The notes beneath the pieces were generated by a model. The model did no database searches. It was not told the DNA's origin and saw nothing but the letters and a program-made list of their open reading frames with translations. The position numbers and the translations under genes were made by a program. From Snowella sp. (GTDB lineage: Bacteria > Cyanobacteriota > Cyanobacteriia > Cyanobacteriales > Microcystaceae), in the NCBI GenBank assembly GCA_035285545.1, contig JAYKGY010000060.1:1-21594 (forward strand): a stretch of DNA of 21,594 bases, read 5' to 3'. Positions within the stretch are counted from its first letter, which is position 1, and each line of letters opens with the position of its first letter. Below, in pieces: positions 17,584-21,594 of the stretch.

Positions 17584-19026
17584 ATGGAGGATTTTATCTT
17601 TATTGATGGGGCTGAGGAACGATTGACTAAAATTTCGATGGAGCCGCTTTTGATCCAAGAAGCCATCAGCCTTGAAACGCTACCATCTCCCTCGACGGAT
17701 CTGCGATCGCTCCCTGCCAAAGGCCAGACTTCTAAAGGGGAAATCCGTACCAGCCTAAGAGCCGCCACTGCCGATGGGGTTTTTGCTACGCTTTTTGCCA
17801 ACATTACCGGGGGCGTATTACTGACCAATTTTTTACTCGAACTCGGCGCAAGTCCCACCGAAATTGGTTTCCTCGCATCGATTCCCCTATGGGCCGGTTT
17901 GATGCAGCCGTTGGGAGCCTATTTTTCCGAGCAACTGTCCAGCCGTCGGGATTACGGATTTTGGGTTTATAGCTTGGCTCGATCTCTATGGATAACCTTG
18001 GCGATCGCTATTTTTTTATTTGATCAACATTACGGCTCCCCTGAATCCTTAATTGCTACGGCCTTAGCGGTTAATGCGGGGTGTTATTGCTTGGGTGCTC
18101 TGGGAAGTGCCTCTTGGATGAGTTGGATGGCGGTGATCGTGCCTTCTCCCTTGCGAGGACGTTATTTTAGCGTGCGAAATAGCATCATTCACTTAACCAA
18201 TTTGATTTCAATTCCCCTCATCGGATTAGGGATAGTTCGATGGCAAGGCGGCCCGATCCAAGGTTATGGCGTGATGTTAATCGGAGCGGTTCTATTGGGG
18301 CTGATCAGTTTAGGATTTCAGCAATTTATGGTGGATGTCAATCCTCAAATCGCTCAACCATTGCCGAAAGCAACAATTAAACAAGATCCCCCACTCACCC
18401 AGTCAACTCGTTCATTACTCCTTCAGCCGATTCCGTTTGTTGACTTCTGGCAAAATTCCAATTTTCTTAAATTCTTGATTTATGTTAATCTCTGGGCGTT
18501 TTCCGTCAATCTGAGCGGCCCATTTTTCAGCGTTTACTTGCTCAATGATCTGCATCTGAATATTAGCCAAGTCACCCTTTACAATAGCTTTTTCGCGATC
18601 GCCAATCTTTTGTTATTGATGGTTTGGGGAAAATTAGCAGATCGAGTCGGTAATCGTCCCATTTTGCTCGGAGTCGGCATCGGTTGTGCAATCTTCCCCT
18701 CATTTTGGTTGCTACTGGACGCTAACCCTTTATCCCTTTGGCTGTTGTTACCCTTATTGCATCTCTTTGGCGGTGGTACGGCTTCGGCGATCGATCTCTG
18801 TTCCCATAATCTCCAGTTGGCGATCGTCCCGACTCGAAATCAATCCATGTATTTTGCCATCTTAGGCGCGTTTGTCGGCATCAGTGGGGCACTCGGAACC
18901 ATTCTGGGGGGATTTGTTGCCCAATTTTGTGATGGTGGATTAGGGGCATTATTTATCCTTTCTAGCGTTTTACGGTTAATCGCCTTATTCCCCTTAATTT
19001 TTGTTACTGAAAAGGTGGATCAATAG
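17584..19026 (+). CDS. MFS transporter, substrate unknown
   Basis: About 12 hydrophobic segments in two halves, WGKLADRVGNR (MFS motif A) and LRGRYFS. The true start may be the ATG at 17638. Confidence 0.9.
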   Translation: MEDFIFIDGAEERLTKISMEPLLIQEAISLETLPSPSTDLRSLPAKGQTSKGEIRTSLRAATADGVFATLFANITGGVLLTNFLLELGASPTEIGFLASIPLWAGLMQPLGAYFSEQLSSRRDYGFWVYSLARSLWITLAIAIFLFDQHYGSPESLIATALAVNAGCYCLGALGSASWMSWMAVIVPSPLRGRYFSVRNSIIHLTNLISIPLIGLGIVRWQGGPIQGYGVMLIGAVLLGLISLGFQQFMVDVNPQIAQPLPKATIKQDPPLTQSTRSLLLQPIPFVDFWQNSNFLKFLIYVNLWAFSVNLSGPFFSVYLLNDLHLNISQVTLYNSFFAIANLLLLMVWGKLADRVGNRPILLGVGIGCAIFPSFWLLLDANPLSLWLLLPLLHLFGGGTASAIDLCSHNLQLAIVPTRNQSMYFAILGAFVGISGALGTILGGFVAQFCDGGLGALFILSSVLRLIALFPLIFVTEKVDQ

Positions 19027-19162
19027 ACTGAGATTAAAACACTCCTATTGCTTGACTTTTCACAATCTTTGCTGAAATTCTAAAATCGAATCGCTAAAAG
19101 TTATGGGATGAGATCAGGACACGATATACTCAAGGGCGAGAACATTGATTGATCATGAACAC

Positions 19163-20515
19163 ATGGTAGCGGTAGCAGTCTTAGCAGCGGGTAAAGGCAC
19201 CCGAATGAAATCCTCTTTGCCCAAGGTTTTACATACTCTCGGTGGGCGATCGCTGGTGGAAAGAGTTTTAGACAGTTGTAAGCGTTTAACCCCCAGTCGT
19301 CAGTTAGTGATTGTGGGCTATCAAGCCGAGCAGGTAAAAGACCGACTCCAACACCGTAGTGAAGTCGAATTTGTTGAACAGCTAGAACAAAAAGGCACAG
19401 GTCACGCCATTCAGCAATTACTCCCCCATCTTCAAGACTTCACAGGCGATTTGCTGGTACTCAATGGTGATGCCCCGCTACTCCGGCCCGAAACCTTAGA
19501 AAATCTCCTCAAAATTCACCAAGCCAACCAAAATATGGCAACGCTGTTGACGGCCCAATTGCCCGATCCCAAAGGTTATGGCCGCGTTTTTTGTGATGCC
19601 AATAATCTGGTTAAGCAAATTGTGGAAGACCGCGATTGTAACGATGCTCAAAAGCAAAATCACCGCATCAATGGGGGCATTTATTGTTTTAATTGGCCCA
19701 AATTAGCGGAAGTGTTGCCCCAACTCCAACCCAACAACGATCAAGCGGAATATTACCTAACCGATGTGGTGCATTTTATGGCTCCCGTCATGGCCGTGGA
19801 TGTGGAGGATTACTTAGAAATTAGTGGCATTAATGACCGTAAACAATTAGCGGGTGCTGATGAAGTACTGCAAAATCGCACGAAAGATCATTGGATGGCC
19901 GCAGGGGTTACGCTGATCAATCCTGACAGTATCACCATTGACGACACCGTAAACATTGGAGCCGATGTGGTGATTGAACCCCATAGCCATTTACGCGGGA
20001 ATACGGTTATTGGGAAAGCCAGCCGCATTGGGCCCGGTAGCCTAATTAAAGATAGTGAAATTGGTGAGAACGTTTCGGTTCTTTACTCGGTAATTAGTGA
20101 CAGTAAAGTCGCATCAGGTTGCCGTATTGGCCCTTACGCCCATCTACGAGGTGAAGCCCAGATTTCAGAAGGTTGTCGGATTGGTAATTTTGTCGAAGTT
20201 AAGAAAAGTACCATTGGAAGTAAGTGTAATGTGGCCCATTTAGCCTATTTAGGGGATGCGGTTCTCGGCGATCGCGTCAATGTAGGGGCAGGAACCATTA
20301 CGGCCAACTACGACGGCAAAAATAAACATACCACCACGATTGGGGCAGGAACAAAAACGGGGGCGAATAGCGTATTAGTGGCTCCGGTTACACTGGGCGA
20401 AAATGTTACGGTTGCAGCAGGCTCAGTCGTTACCAATAATGTCCCCACCGATGCCCTCGTCATTGCTCGTCAACGGCAGCGCATTATCGAAGATTGGAAA
20501 ACAAAAACCGAATAG
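19163..20515 (+). CDS. glmU: Bifunctional UDP-GlcNAc pyrophosphorylase / GlcN-1-P acetyltransferase
   Basis: [26 protein letters not shown], hexapeptide repeats, GNFVEVK and NYDG. I prefer the ATG at 19163 to the TTG at 19145. Confidence 0.98.
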   Translation: MVAVAVLAAGKGTRMKSSLPKVLHTLGGRSLVERVLDSCKRLTPSRQLVIVGYQAEQVKDRLQHRSEVEFVEQLEQKGTGHAIQQLLPHLQDFTGDLLVLNGDAPLLRPETLENLLKIHQANQNMATLLTAQLPDPKGYGRVFCDANNLVKQIVEDRDCNDAQKQNHRINGGIYCFNWPKLAEVLPQLQPNNDQAEYYLTDVVHFMAPVMAVDVEDYLEISGINDRKQLAGADEVLQNRTKDHWMAAGVTLINPDSITIDDTVNIGADVVIEPHSHLRGNTVIGKASRIGPGSLIKDSEIGENVSVLYSVISDSKVASGCRIGPYAHLRGEAQISEGCRIGNFVEVKKSTIGSKCNVAHLAYLGDAVLGDRVNVGAGTITANYDGKNKHTTTIGAGTKTGANSVLVAPVTLGENVTVAAGSVVTNNVPTDALVIARQRQRIIEDWKTKTE

Positions 20516-20539
20516 TTAAACCCTCACGAATAACCCATC

Positions 20540-21172
20540 ATGTTAACGATCGCATTACCGAAAGGGGCCTTACTCAAAGATTGTATTGAACGGTTCCAGC
20601 GTATTGGTTTAGATTTTAGTGCCTTTCTCGATCCCAAAAATCGTCAACTGCAAATCACCGATCCGACTAATACCGCCAAAGCCTTATTAGTCCGCACCCA
20701 TGATGTGCCCGTCTATGTAGAATACGGTCAGGCCCATTTAGGGATTGCGGGTTATGATGTGTTGCTGGAAAAAACACCTGCGATCGCGCAATTAATGGAT
20801 CTAAACTTCGGTCAATGTCGCTTATCCGTAGCCGTTCCTGAAGCTAGCCCCTATCGGCGATCGATTGATTTACCGCCGCATGGAAAAGTTGCGTCTAAGT
20901 TTGTAAACTGCGCCAAGGAATATTTCCGCCAACTGGATTTACCCATAGAAATCGTTCCCCTCTATGGCTCTGTAGAACTTGGCCCCATTACCGGAATGTC
21001 GGAAGCGATCGTTGATCTCGTCTCCACAGGGCGTACCCTCAAGGAAAACGGCTTAATTGAAATTGATGTTTTGTTTGAAAGCACCGCGAGACTGATTGCC
21101 CACCCATTGTCCTATCGGTTAAACGGAGATAATATCCACCATTGGGTGAAACAATTACGTCAAACCTTGTAA
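20540..21172 (+). CDS. hisG: ATP phosphoribosyltransferase, short form
   Basis: [33 protein letters not shown] and [16 protein letters not shown]; 210 aa with no C-terminal regulatory domain. Confidence 0.97.
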   Translation: MLTIALPKGALLKDCIERFQRIGLDFSAFLDPKNRQLQITDPTNTAKALLVRTHDVPVYVEYGQAHLGIAGYDVLLEKTPAIAQLMDLNFGQCRLSVAVPEASPYRRSIDLPPHGKVASKFVNCAKEYFRQLDLPIEIVPLYGSVELGPITGMSEAIVDLVSTGRTLKENGLIEIDVLFESTARLIAHPLSYRLNGDNIHHWVKQLRQTL

Positions 21173-21374
21173 CGATGTAACAATTTGTAACGGTTGCTTT
21201 GTTACAATTCGCTCGTTGCTGTGAGGAAAATATTCTCATTTTTAACCTGAATTTCAGCGATCGCCGCTTTACCTATACCTACAAGCAGTCCCTCAAAGCC
21301 TTGTCTGTCAAGTCTTTTGCTTTTACATGACACCAAGATAAGCAAAACTTATGTCACATATAATAATTAATATT

Positions 21375-21413
21375 GTTAAGTTTCTTTACAAGCCTGAGAA
21401 ATACCCGTATTAT
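21375..21413 (+). promoter_or_regulatory. psbA promoter: -35 TTTACA, 17-bp spacer, -10 TATTAT, with an overlapping HLR1 (RpaB) type direct repeat
   Basis: TTTACA at 21385-21390 and TATTAT at 21408-21413. GTTAAGTT-TC-TTTACAAG at 21375-21392 resembles HLR1, (G/T)TTACA(T/A)(T/A)-N2 repeated. Confidence 0.75.
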
Positions 21414-21467
21414 AAAAAGTGTCAATCATCTGTACCTTGACAAATACATAAAAGGAATCATAAACCA

Positions 21468-21594
21468 ATGACCACTACCCTTCAGCAACGCGAAAGCGCG
21501 TCCGCTTGGGAGCAGTTCTGTCAGTGGGTCACCAGCACCAACAACCGTATCTATGTCGGTTGGTTCGGAACCCTGATGATCCCCACCCTCTTAA
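21468..21594 (+). CDS. psbA: Photosystem II D1 protein, 5' part only (cut by window end)
   Basis: [44 protein letters not shown]-rich leader and AAGGA SD at 21452-21456. Confidence 0.98.
   Translation, partial: MTTTLQQRESASAWEQFCQWVTSTNNRIYVGWFGTLMIPTLL

Noticed and set aside
17244..17858. ORFs 17244-17432 (+) and 17487-17858 (-)
   Set aside because: Antisense shadows of the 48-aa ORF and the MFS gene.
21039..21239. 66-aa minus-strand ORF
   Set aside because: Antisense to hisG and running across the repeat cluster, with no protein-like signal.

Overview
Mostly core chromosome of a unicellular cyanobacterium, probably Chroococcales and Synechocystis-like: about 30 HIP1 GCGATCGC octamers by hand count, plus petF, gap2, the start of psbA and the bioB-bioY-lspA order. 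In sequence order: an AT-rich, HIP1-free left end (DUF29 gene and a TPR gene broken by one in-frame TAA), coaE coupled to a XerC/D-like tyrosine recombinase that is divergent from minCDE, lpxB, petF, an orphan D12-class adenine methyltransferase, a stand-alone FGE-sulfatase (CLec-fold) gene, murB-murC divergent from gap2, a signal-peptide CHAT protease, bioB-bioY-lspA, an unannotated 48-aa membrane ORF, an MFS transporter, glmU-hisG and the 5' end of psbA with its promoter. I saw no tRNA, rRNA, CRISPR array, transposase or reverse transcriptase. No complete novel system can be demonstrated from this window alone. The best leads are the recombinase-coaE/minCDE arrangement with an inverted repeat bracketing the adjacent AT-rich block, a DGR-variable-region-like 3' end in the FGE gene, structured and Fur-like elements upstream of petF, and the small membrane ORF.
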